Part shown: positions 1-7,583 of the stretch, piece after piece
Numbering within the stretch: position 1 is the first letter of the stretch
How the letters are laid out: each line of letters opens with the position of its first letter
Notes under the pieces: generated by a model
Database searches by the model: none
What the model was told of the DNA's origin: nothing
The model's input: the letters and a program-made list of their open reading frames with translations, nothing else
Position numbers and translations under genes: made by a program
IMG/VR virus record: IMGVR_UViG_3300016474_000800
Span: 1 to 21,140 of that record
DNA: 21,140 bases
DNA from: a virus
Reading direction: 5' to 3' (one strand)

Positions 1-561
1 GATATTATGTCGGATGATGACATGGCAATTAAGTCTGGAAAAGATGTTACAGTTCTGGCTGGTAAAAAAATGTCAATCTTGGGAGAAAAAGTATTCCTAG
101 GAAATCTCGGCACCGCGGCAGAACCATTGGTTGGTGGTACAAGTTTGTCCATTTTCTTGGCGAGACTAATACAGGTATTGGTGGGAACGGGAGTCGTTTC
201 ACCTCAATTACCATATCAATTATCTGGATTACCACAACCACCGGTAACAGTACCACCAGTTTTAACGCCTGGCGCGGCCGCCGTCGCCCACGTTATTACA
301 CCACTGGGCCCCGGAGCACTATCACCGACGATTATTGCTGGATTGAGTACGTTGTACGCCGAACTAGCAACGTCTAACCCCGGCCAACTTACCGCAATTC
401 CGTTTTCGGGTGCCGTGTTTAATAGTTATGGAGTGTTTACTTCTATGGCAAACCAGAATACATCCAACGTAATTGTATTAAATGAATTTGACGAAGGTGA
501 ACAGACGGTAACTGAAAACAATGACTGGAAACTTTCTGAGTCATATTACAAGGTAACTTAA
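1..561 (+). CDS. 5'-truncated probable baseplate spike/hub (gp5/gpV-like) protein, C-terminal part
   Basis: The frame is open from base 1 (GAT ATT ATG), so the true start is probably upstream. Short beta-strand repeats (MAIKSGKDVTVLAGKKMSILGEKVFLG) followed by EPLVGG..L resemble spike C-termini. It lies three genes upstream of the gp25-like gene. The product is inferred. Confidence 0.5.
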   Translation, partial: DIMSDDDMAIKSGKDVTVLAGKKMSILGEKVFLGNLGTAAEPLVGGTSLSIFLARLIQVLVGTGVVSPQLPYQLSGLPQPPVTVPPVLTPGAAAVAHVITPLGPGALSPTIIAGLSTLYAELATSNPGQLTAIPFSGAVFNSYGVFTSMANQNTSNVIVLNEFDEGEQTVTENNDWKLSESYYKVT

Positions 562-562
562 T

Positions 563-1054
563 ATGTCTGATGAAATCACAAATGCTATACAGGCAGTCAA
601 CAATACTCGGGTTAATGTAACTACTAACGTTTTATCATCAACGTCTACTACGTTTGACTCTCAAAAAGAACGACTTGAAAAATTACCATTAGAAGTAGAT
701 GTTGAACTACTAAAACGTCAAGCCGAAGCAGAGGTATTATCTCGACAAGCTCAAATTGAACAAACTCGGTTAGAAGTGCAAGAAAATGGAGTAGAGATGT
801 TAAAAGAAAAATTGATTAACCTTGCACTACAACAACTACCGGCTACACCCACACTACCTGTTATTGATCCAAAAATATTACAAGCAGTTCAAACTGCTCT
901 TTTATTGAAAGAAGTAATCAAAAATAGAAAACAGATAAGTAGAAAAAATCTTTCAAAGGGAAAAGAGTTATACTCGTATCCTCTTCGAAATATTACCCCA
1001 AAGGTACAACTTCCACAGATACCAACAATACCTCAATTACCACTAAACCTATAA
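563..1054 (+). CDS. hypothetical protein (coiled-coil centre, Pro-rich C-terminus)
   Basis: 163-aa ORF starting 1 nt after the previous stop (TAAtATG). It has an E/Q/L-rich helical segment and a PQIPTIPQLP tail. No family recognised. Confidence 0.7.
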   Translation: MSDEITNAIQAVNNTRVNVTTNVLSSTSTTFDSQKERLEKLPLEVDVELLKRQAEAEVLSRQAQIEQTRLEVQENGVEMLKEKLINLALQQLPATPTLPVIDPKILQAVQTALLLKEVIKNRKQISRKNLSKGKELYSYPLRNITPKVQLPQIPTIPQLPLNL

Positions 1055-1065
1055 GGAAAACACTT

Positions 1066-1437
1066 ATGGATAAACAACTCTTAAAAGCGTATATTAGAAC
1101 TGTTTTAGAGGATGAACTAAAGAGAGTTCTACCACAGATGATTTCTGAAATAGTCAATTCAGGGTTACCATCAGAACCAACGTACGCTCAAAATAAGCCA
1201 GTTAAACAGGCTCCGGTTCGCAAACCAAATTTTGCTTCGTTAAAAGAAACACTTGACTTTTCCGACATGATGACCGACCGCGGAGATTTTGTTGCAAGTA
1301 CACGAAATTTAAAAGTCCCAACTCCTGTTTCTAACACACCATTACCTGAACATTTAGTTGAACGCGCAGATCCCGACGTTGTAAATGCAATGAAACGTGA
1401 TTATTCTGCGTTGTTAAAGGCAATGAAGGTAACATAA
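1066..1437 (+). CDS. hypothetical phage protein
   Basis: 123-aa ORF with an SD-like TAAGGA at 1052-1057 and amphipathic helices at both ends. Function unknown. Confidence 0.75.
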   Translation: MDKQLLKAYIRTVLEDELKRVLPQMISEIVNSGLPSEPTYAQNKPVKQAPVRKPNFASLKETLDFSDMMTDRGDFVASTRNLKVPTPVSNTPLPEHLVERADPDVVNAMKRDYSALLKAMKVT

Positions 1438-1441
1438 GAGT

Positions 1442-1822
1442 ATGGCACAGGGAATCGGTATAACACTACCACTTCAATTAGGAAACACCGGATATTTTGA
1501 ACAATCATTTGATACACTCACACAAGTAAAGTCAAATTTCATAAATTTGATACTTACTAGAAGGGGTGAACGTGTACATCAACCAGAGTTTGGTTGTGGT
1601 ATTCATGAACTGTTATTTGAGCAGTTAACAGATGAAAATATAGAACGTATTCGGTTGTCGGTTATAGAAGCAGTAGAACAATGGATGCCGTTCCTAGAAC
1701 TTATACAATTTGAAATAAATAGCACTTCGGCAAACATTGATCAAAACAAAATACGGTTATACGTTGGGTATAGATTACGAAGAAACCCAAACATACAAGA
1801 TTCAATTGTATTGAATTTTTAA
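1442..1822 (+). CDS. baseplate wedge subunit, gp25/GpW-like (sheath initiator)
   Basis: 126 aa containing the GPW_gp25 family motif VKSNFINLILTRRGERVHQPEFGCGIHELLFE...EQWMP. It sits directly upstream of the gp6-like gene. Confidence 0.92.
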   Translation: MAQGIGITLPLQLGNTGYFEQSFDTLTQVKSNFINLILTRRGERVHQPEFGCGIHELLFEQLTDENIERIRLSVIEAVEQWMPFLELIQFEINSTSANIDQNKIRLYVGYRLRRNPNIQDSIVLNF

Positions 1823-1834
1823 CGGAGATAGTAA

Positions 1835-3820
1835 ATGGCAGTAACTCAGTCCATTACAAAAAAATTTGTACCCAATAGTAAAGAAGTAAGTTATCTCGCG
1901 AAGAATTTTTCAGAATTTCGTCAGAATCTTATAGAATTTGCTAAGTCATATTACCCAAACACATATTCTGACTTCAATGAAGCATCGCCTGGTATGATGT
2001 TTATTGAAATGGCAGCATATGTCGGTGATGTGATGTCTTTTTATATTGATAATCAATTTAAAGAAAATTTACTAACATATGCGCAAGAACGTAAAAACGT
2101 TATAGCGATTGCACAGGCGTTTGGATACAAACCACGAATCAGTGCGCCTGCAACAGTAGAAGCTAGAATATTTCAAATGGTTCCTGCACTCGGGGCATCA
2201 AATAACTACGACCCCGATCCTAAATTTTACTTGAAAATATTGACTAATTCCAAATTTTCATCAAACACACCTCCAATTCAGGTTTTCCGTTCAACGGAAG
2301 ATGTAAATTTTGCCGATACAGAAGGCAGAGAAATTCAAGTATTAGCAAGAGATCCTATTACTGGTGTAGTAACTATGTATGCGGTGTCAAAACCAATTAA
2401 GTTAATTGCAGCAGATATTAAGACCGCAGAATTTACATTCGGTTCCGCACAAAAATTTACCAGAGTAGAATTACCAGATAGTGACGTAGTGTCGATTGTG
2501 AGTATCGTGGACTCAGATGGTAATGATTGGACGGAAGTTGATTACTTGGGACAAGATATTGTAATAGATGAACGAGAATTAGCGCCTCGCGCTGGGGATG
2601 GTTACTTAACTAGTACGTCATCTTCTATTGATTCATCTGTTCCCGCCAAACTTGCGGTATTTAAGAGAAAACCTAGACGATTTACCACTCGCGTAAACAC
2701 AGACTTACGTTTGGAACTTTGGTTTGGATCTGGTACAGAGAGTGTTGACGAAGATATTTTAACAGTAAACTCAGGACAAATCGCAAACAGTAAGTATGAC
2801 CAACGTATTACGACTTCATTAGATCCAAATGACTTTTTAGATTCAGATACGTTTGGTTTAGCCCCGGCCAACACCACACTTACTGTGACGTATTTGGTCG
2901 GTGGTGGTGTTACGTCAAACGTAGCGTCACGAACAATTACTAATGTAGATTTTGCAAATGTTGCAAATGTTGCAACAGATTATGCAAGTGCGGACCAACC
3001 ATTATTTCTACAAGTCGTAGATAGTATATCTGTAATGAATGACGAACCTGCCACCGGAGGTGGTAATACAGAAACCGTAGAAGAAATTCGACAAAATGCG
3101 TTAGCGTTTTTTAACGCACAAAATCGTGTTGTTACTGATCGTGATTATGTCGTACGTACGTTAGCTATGCCGGCAAAATTTGGATCAATTTCAAAAGTCT
3201 TTGTCATTCGTGATGAACAAATTAATGCAATTAGCACGGCAAACGAAGAAGTTCTAACGGTCAACACAGACACCGATCCATTTAATAACAGACGATACGT
3301 CAGTGATCCAGTGTCACCGAATTCAATTAATCTATATGTTCTTGGGTATAATGCCGATAAAAAACTATCAATACTCAATTCTTTAGTTAAGAAAAATCTT
3401 GCGAAATATTTGGAACAATTTAGAATATTAACCGACGATGTAAACATCCTTGATGCGTTTGTTATTAACATTGGTGTAGAATTTGACATTGTTGTGTATA
3501 GAAATTACAACTTAAACGATGTTTTGGCACGGTGTATTGATGCAATAAAAACGTTTTTTGATGTGGATCGTTGGCAGATAAATCAACCAATCGTATTGAA
3601 TGATTTGACACTAACTATTGGGTCTGTTGATGGAGTTCAAACTGTAACAAATGTACGAATTACTAACAAGTACTTTTTTAAAGATGGAAGAGACTATCAA
3701 GAATACCGATATCCAATTGACGAAGCGACAATTGACGGTATAGTATATCCGTCACTTGATCCAAGTATATTTGAATTACGATACCCAGAAACAGATATTG
3801 TCGGTAACGCAAGACAATAA
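1835..3820 (+). CDS. baseplate wedge subunit, T4 gp6 / baseplate J-like
   Basis: 661 aa. The N-terminal NFSEFRQNL...SDFNEASPGMMFIEMAAYVGD and the internal ATGGGNTETVEEIRQNA...QNRVVTDRDY motifs are typical of gp6/J. An SD-like GGAG precedes the start. Confidence 0.92.
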   Translation: MAVTQSITKKFVPNSKEVSYLAKNFSEFRQNLIEFAKSYYPNTYSDFNEASPGMMFIEMAAYVGDVMSFYIDNQFKENLLTYAQERKNVIAIAQAFGYKPRISAPATVEARIFQMVPALGASNNYDPDPKFYLKILTNSKFSSNTPPIQVFRSTEDVNFADTEGREIQVLARDPITGVVTMYAVSKPIKLIAADIKTAEFTFGSAQKFTRVELPDSDVVSIVSIVDSDGNDWTEVDYLGQDIVIDERELAPRAGDGYLTSTSSSIDSSVPAKLAVFKRKPRRFTTRVNTDLRLELWFGSGTESVDEDILTVNSGQIANSKYDQRITTSLDPNDFLDSDTFGLAPANTTLTVTYLVGGGVTSNVASRTITNVDFANVANVATDYASADQPLFLQVVDSISVMNDEPATGGGNTETVEEIRQNALAFFNAQNRVVTDRDYVVRTLAMPAKFGSISKVFVIRDEQINAISTANEEVLTVNTDTDPFNNRRYVSDPVSPNSINLYVLGYNADKKLSILNSLVKKNLAKYLEQFRILTDDVNILDAFVINIGVEFDIVVYRNYNLNDVLARCIDAIKTFFDVDRWQINQPIVLNDLTLTIGSVDGVQTVTNVRITNKYFFKDGRDYQEYRYPIDEATIDGIVYPSLDPSIFELRYPETDIVGNARQ

Positions 3821-3832
3821 ACGAGAGAAGAT

Positions 3833-4873
3833 ATGAGAATATATTTATCTGCGTCACAGGATTCCACCATTTATCAACGATATCCGACAAATAACGCAGG
3901 ACTTGATGAAATTTTAGAAATAGGAAAAGTATTGAAACCACTTGATACAAGTGTCATGTACGCGTCTGCGTCCGCACGATTGTTGATTTCGTTTGATACT
4001 TCAAGTTTTTCTCAATACCCAACGTCTTCTCGGTATTATTTGAATTTTTACATTGCGAACGCACATGATATCAAACGGTATCAACGTTTGGATGTGTACC
4101 CAATTTCTAGAAGTTGGGTAGAAGGCAGTGGATATTTTTATCAAGACATAAAAAACGTACAAGACGGTGTTGCATGGACGCTCGCTGACGGTAATACTAG
4201 TTGGTCAATGGCCGGTGGGGATTATTTATCTACACCGTCAAGTTCTTATATCATGCAAAAATTTGGTGAACAGGACATCAAAATAGATGTTACGAATATC
4301 ATGCAACCAATTGCAAGTGGAACTCATGGGTATACATGGAATGGTCTACTTGTGAAATTTCCATTAGTAGATGAAACATCTTCCATAAATACCGGAAATG
4401 TCAAAGTGTTTTCAAGTAACACACATACGGTGTTTTCTCCAAAACTTGAAATTGTGTGGAACAGTCAAACATTTACTACAGGGAGTCTGAAAGCCATTCC
4501 TAGTAGTAATGTTACAATTAATCCAAGAAATTTGAAACACTCGTATACGGTGGGTGAGTCTGATAAAGTATACTTTGTTGTACGTGATCCATATCCGGAT
4601 AAACGATATGATGCCGTACAACGATACCGAAACATGTATTATCTTCCTTCACAATCGTATTATAGAATAACAGATGAAGTATCTGGTGTTGTTTTACATG
4701 ACTTTGATTCCTATTCTGCAATAAATTGTGATGCGAGCGGGTCATTTATTACGTTAGATACAAATGGACTAGAAATAGACAGATACTATAAGTTAGATTT
4801 AAAAGTAGTTACCGGCAGTTTGACATTTTACCCAGAATTTGAATATAGTTTTAGAGTAGATACTCATGCATAA
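3833..4873 (+). CDS. virion-associated protein with DNRLRE (CBM96-like) domain
   Basis: 346 aa. ASQDSTIY..YPTNNAG..EILEI...RLLISFD, W..AGGDY, IDVTNIMQ, NGLLVK and PKLEIVW match my recollection of the DNRLRE pattern. Confidence 0.65.
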   Translation: MRIYLSASQDSTIYQRYPTNNAGLDEILEIGKVLKPLDTSVMYASASARLLISFDTSSFSQYPTSSRYYLNFYIANAHDIKRYQRLDVYPISRSWVEGSGYFYQDIKNVQDGVAWTLADGNTSWSMAGGDYLSTPSSSYIMQKFGEQDIKIDVTNIMQPIASGTHGYTWNGLLVKFPLVDETSSINTGNVKVFSSNTHTVFSPKLEIVWNSQTFTTGSLKAIPSSNVTINPRNLKHSYTVGESDKVYFVVRDPYPDKRYDAVQRYRNMYYLPSQSYYRITDEVSGVVLHDFDSYSAINCDASGSFITLDTNGLEIDRYYKLDLKVVTGSLTFYPEFEYSFRVDTHA

Positions 4874-5273
4874 CATACAACAGACATATATTTCAAAAGT
4901 CATAGTAAAATCATCTAAGAATGCCGGAAAAACGATAAAAATTTCTTCAAATTACTTGTCCCCATCCGGTGACGTATTTACGTTAGAAGGATCGGTCATA
5001 GAAGATGTGGCAATAAACACACAGGAAAGTATAAATGATCTGTCACCAGAGATATCTACCACATATCCATATAAAGTGGTTACTCCGATTGAACCAGATG
5101 GGTCAACGTTAATACTATCACCGGACGTTAATACCACTCCAACTGCATCACAAAATTATTACGCACCTGTGGTGTTTGAACGATACCAACGCCCAATATT
5201 GACGGCAATAGATAGACAATTTACAGAATTAACTTCAACGGTCGTATTACCTCCAAATACGTTTGGTGAATAA
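4866..5273 (+). CDS. hypothetical protein (baseplate module)
   Basis: 135-aa ORF overlapping the previous gene by 8 nt (ATGCATAA) and filling the gap to the next gene. Confidence 0.7.
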   Translation: MHNIQQTYISKVIVKSSKNAGKTIKISSNYLSPSGDVFTLEGSVIEDVAINTQESINDLSPEISTTYPYKVVTPIEPDGSTLILSPDVNTTPTASQNYYAPVVFERYQRPILTAIDRQFTELTSTVVLPPNTFGE

Positions 5274-5276
5274 CAT

Positions 5277-6161
5277 ATGCCAAATCAAGCAAATTTTCGA
5301 AGTGATGTAACAACACAAACAGAACCTCGGTTCACGGCATCCAGAATTGTTAGAACGTATGATGAAGGTGTTCTTTTGGAAGAATTACCAGCAAGTTTTG
5401 GATTTGATCAGTTTGATAACATTGAAGTACATTTCTACACAGTAACCGGAAATAATTTGGTGTTGAGTACAAACGTGAGACTGAACGACACAGATGTTTT
5501 AAAATCTCACGTAGTATCCTACGATGACGGGCAGTTTAAAAACTACATTAGAATAGACTTTACTAAATTGTTCAACTCAAAAAACCAAATATTGATACCA
5601 GGCGATTATCGAATGGTGTTGAATTTTTTTTCTGATGAAATTGGTAATTACGAAGAACGACCTCTCTATATCCAACAAATTAGCCCGTCGAGAACCGAAG
5701 TTCAATTGGGGTTTGTGAGAAATTCTGGTGTAGACGCCGTTCAACAAAATAAAAAGACATTAAAAGAATTTATAGAAAAATCGTTTGACAAACCTACGGC
5801 CCTTGGGGTAAACGAAAAAATATTTAAGTCTGGAGTTGATCTAGATAATTCTACAGAGGGAGTAACTTACGACGGTATTGTAGCAAATATCGAAGTACCA
5901 CAATCCGACCAGACATATGAAACCACTATTGGCCGCGTGCAACAATTATATCCTCAAGCTGAACAATCTTTGGAAGATACAGTCAACCGTTTTGTGTTAA
6001 AATTGTTTGAAACTCTTCGTGAAGACATAATTATAGAGGGTGACCAACGAATTCAAGGCGATGAATACAAAGAACTCATTCGTAAAGCAGTTTTCGAAAA
6101 ATTACCAGAATTACAAACACAAGTTCGTCAAAACGTAGATTCTACTATTATCATTACGTAA
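5277..6161 (+). CDS. hypothetical baseplate-associated protein
   Basis: 294 aa with a beta-rich N-half, a YIQQISPSRTEVQL motif and a helical C-half. Function is inferred from gene context only. Confidence 0.7.
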   Translation: MPNQANFRSDVTTQTEPRFTASRIVRTYDEGVLLEELPASFGFDQFDNIEVHFYTVTGNNLVLSTNVRLNDTDVLKSHVVSYDDGQFKNYIRIDFTKLFNSKNQILIPGDYRMVLNFFSDEIGNYEERPLYIQQISPSRTEVQLGFVRNSGVDAVQQNKKTLKEFIEKSFDKPTALGVNEKIFKSGVDLDNSTEGVTYDGIVANIEVPQSDQTYETTIGRVQQLYPQAEQSLEDTVNRFVLKLFETLREDIIIEGDQRIQGDEYKELIRKAVFEKLPELQTQVRQNVDSTIIIT

Positions 6162-6171
6162 GGATATTATT

Positions 6172-6690
6172 ATGGCAATACAAACCGCAGTAACAATTGA
6201 ACCAGCAAGTCCCGCCAACACGGGTACCGCAGAAATTATAACTGGAACTGCGGTTGGGGATAAAGGCCGCCAAGTAACAATTAAAATTACGGCAAACGAT
6301 GGGTATGAGTTTGAACGATTTGATATTGTTGAAGAAACTGTGCGAGACTTCACTATAGTAGGAAAATATTCACCAAACAACGTGTCTGCGGCATGCGGAC
6401 TAACAACAATAACAACTACGTTGTGGTTTGAACCAGGCGTTCCGGGATACTACACAACTCAAACGGGGTCAACTCTTGCACCAAATGGGTATTATGGGTT
6501 TGGGCAGTCTCAGTACTTTATATTACAAGATGGTTCGTTGTCTGGTCCATTTAATTGCCCACAAATACCCGTAATAACTCCGCGAACAACACAACAGGTC
6601 ACACCAACCCCCACACCCATCACAGAAGGAGGTACCGGTGGTGGTGGAGAGTTGGGTCTGGGCGGCGGCACGGGTGTTCCACAACTTTAA
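6172..6690 (+). CDS. Thr/Gly-rich putative virion protein with partial InlB B-repeat-like N-terminus
   Basis: 172 aa, preceded by an SD-like TAAGGA. Contains VTIEPASPANTGTA...G.QVTIKITANDGYEFERF and a C-terminal PTPTP/poly-Gly tail. Confidence 0.65.
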   Translation: MAIQTAVTIEPASPANTGTAEIITGTAVGDKGRQVTIKITANDGYEFERFDIVEETVRDFTIVGKYSPNNVSAACGLTTITTTLWFEPGVPGYYTTQTGSTLAPNGYYGFGQSQYFILQDGSLSGPFNCPQIPVITPRTTQQVTPTPTPITEGGTGGGGELGLGGGTGVPQL

Positions 6691-6702
6691 TGTCAAACTA
6701 AT

Positions 6703-7581
6703 ATGCCAACAATAACTACACGTACTTTAACAGTAGATAAAAATCTAAAAATAACTCCGATTTTCAAACAAACCGTTCCTCCCGCGGAGAAAATATTACG
6801 TATATCTACTGCTCCATCTACGATATCCGTTAGACAGGGAGAACAGGCTACATTTAATGTATTGATAAACAGAACTGGATTTACTGGTGAGGTTGGCTTG
6901 TTATTAGGTTCCCGTCGAGGACGCCCAGACGGATTGGGAATTAGTCCAGAACAAGTTACTACATCAACGGATACGGCAGTGCTGGTGGTTACGGCCACAA
7001 CAAACACTCCAGTTGGTCGATATGTAATTCCAATATCCGCCACCACACAACAAGGCGCACCACCCGCACAAACTAATGTTGAAATTGAAGTGACGCCCGC
7101 CGTAACACCCCCGGTTACTACACCCCCGGTTACTACACCCCCGGTTACTACACCCCCGGTTACTACGCCACCCGCAACTACTTGGATCAATTGTATAGAC
7201 AACAGTGTTAATACGGGAACACCTCCGACCGGTTATAGACTAACATCGGTTAGACAAGGAAATACACAGTTTGTATGTTATGAACCATCAACACAGATCG
7301 GATTCACTCCATCATTGAATAATTTAGAATTTACATACACACAACGTTCTCCGAATTATCCCACACCAATTACGGTTCAGGCACAGAACCCTTCATACGG
7401 GTCGTCATATTCGGTACACTTTACGGTAGACACAACTTACTTTACCGTAACGCCTAACGTGTTGCGAATTCCTCCAAGAGAAACTAAAACGTTTACTATT
7501 TCTCCAGTACAAACCGTATTAAATACTATTGATGTTGGAAACAGAACAGTACAGTTAACTGTTCAAATTGATGAAATTTAA
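6703..7581 (+). CDS. putative virion protein with two Ig-like domains joined by a TPPVT repeat linker
   Basis: 292 aa. Ig-like patterns ISVRQGEQATFNVLINRTGFTGEV...TPVGRYVIPISAT and FTVTPNVLRIPPRETKTFTI flank a Pro/Thr linker. Confidence 0.7.
   Translation: MPTITTRTLTVDKNLKITPIFKQTVPPAEKILRISTAPSTISVRQGEQATFNVLINRTGFTGEVGLLLGSRRGRPDGLGISPEQVTTSTDTAVLVVTATTNTPVGRYVIPISATTQQGAPPAQTNVEIEVTPAVTPPVTTPPVTTPPVTTPPVTTPPATTWINCIDNSVNTGTPPTGYRLTSVRQGNTQFVCYEPSTQIGFTPSLNNLEFTYTQRSPNYPTPITVQAQNPSYGSSYSVHFTVDTTYFTVTPNVLRIPPRETKTFTISPVQTVLNTIDVGNRTVQLTVQIDEI
7105..7164 (+). repeat. 15-bp tandem repeat ACACCCCCGGTTACT x4 (encodes TPPVT)
   Basis: Four identical copies start at 7105, 7120, 7135 and 7150. A degenerate fifth copy (ACGCCACCCGCAACT) spans 7165-7179. 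Confidence 0.97.
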
Positions 7582-7583
7582 TA

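Noticed and set aside
2952-2975. 9-bp tandem TTGCAAATG x2.7 in the gp6-like gene
   Set aside because: It is a short in-frame duplication (ANVANVA) with no evident significance.
7105-7179. Possible CRISPR array
   Set aside because: The units are 15 bp, directly adjacent with no spacers, and in-frame coding.
6693-7202. 169-aa minus-strand ORF with GGVVT repeats
   Set aside because: It is the antisense shadow of the TPPVT repeat in ORF 6703, with no independent expression signals.
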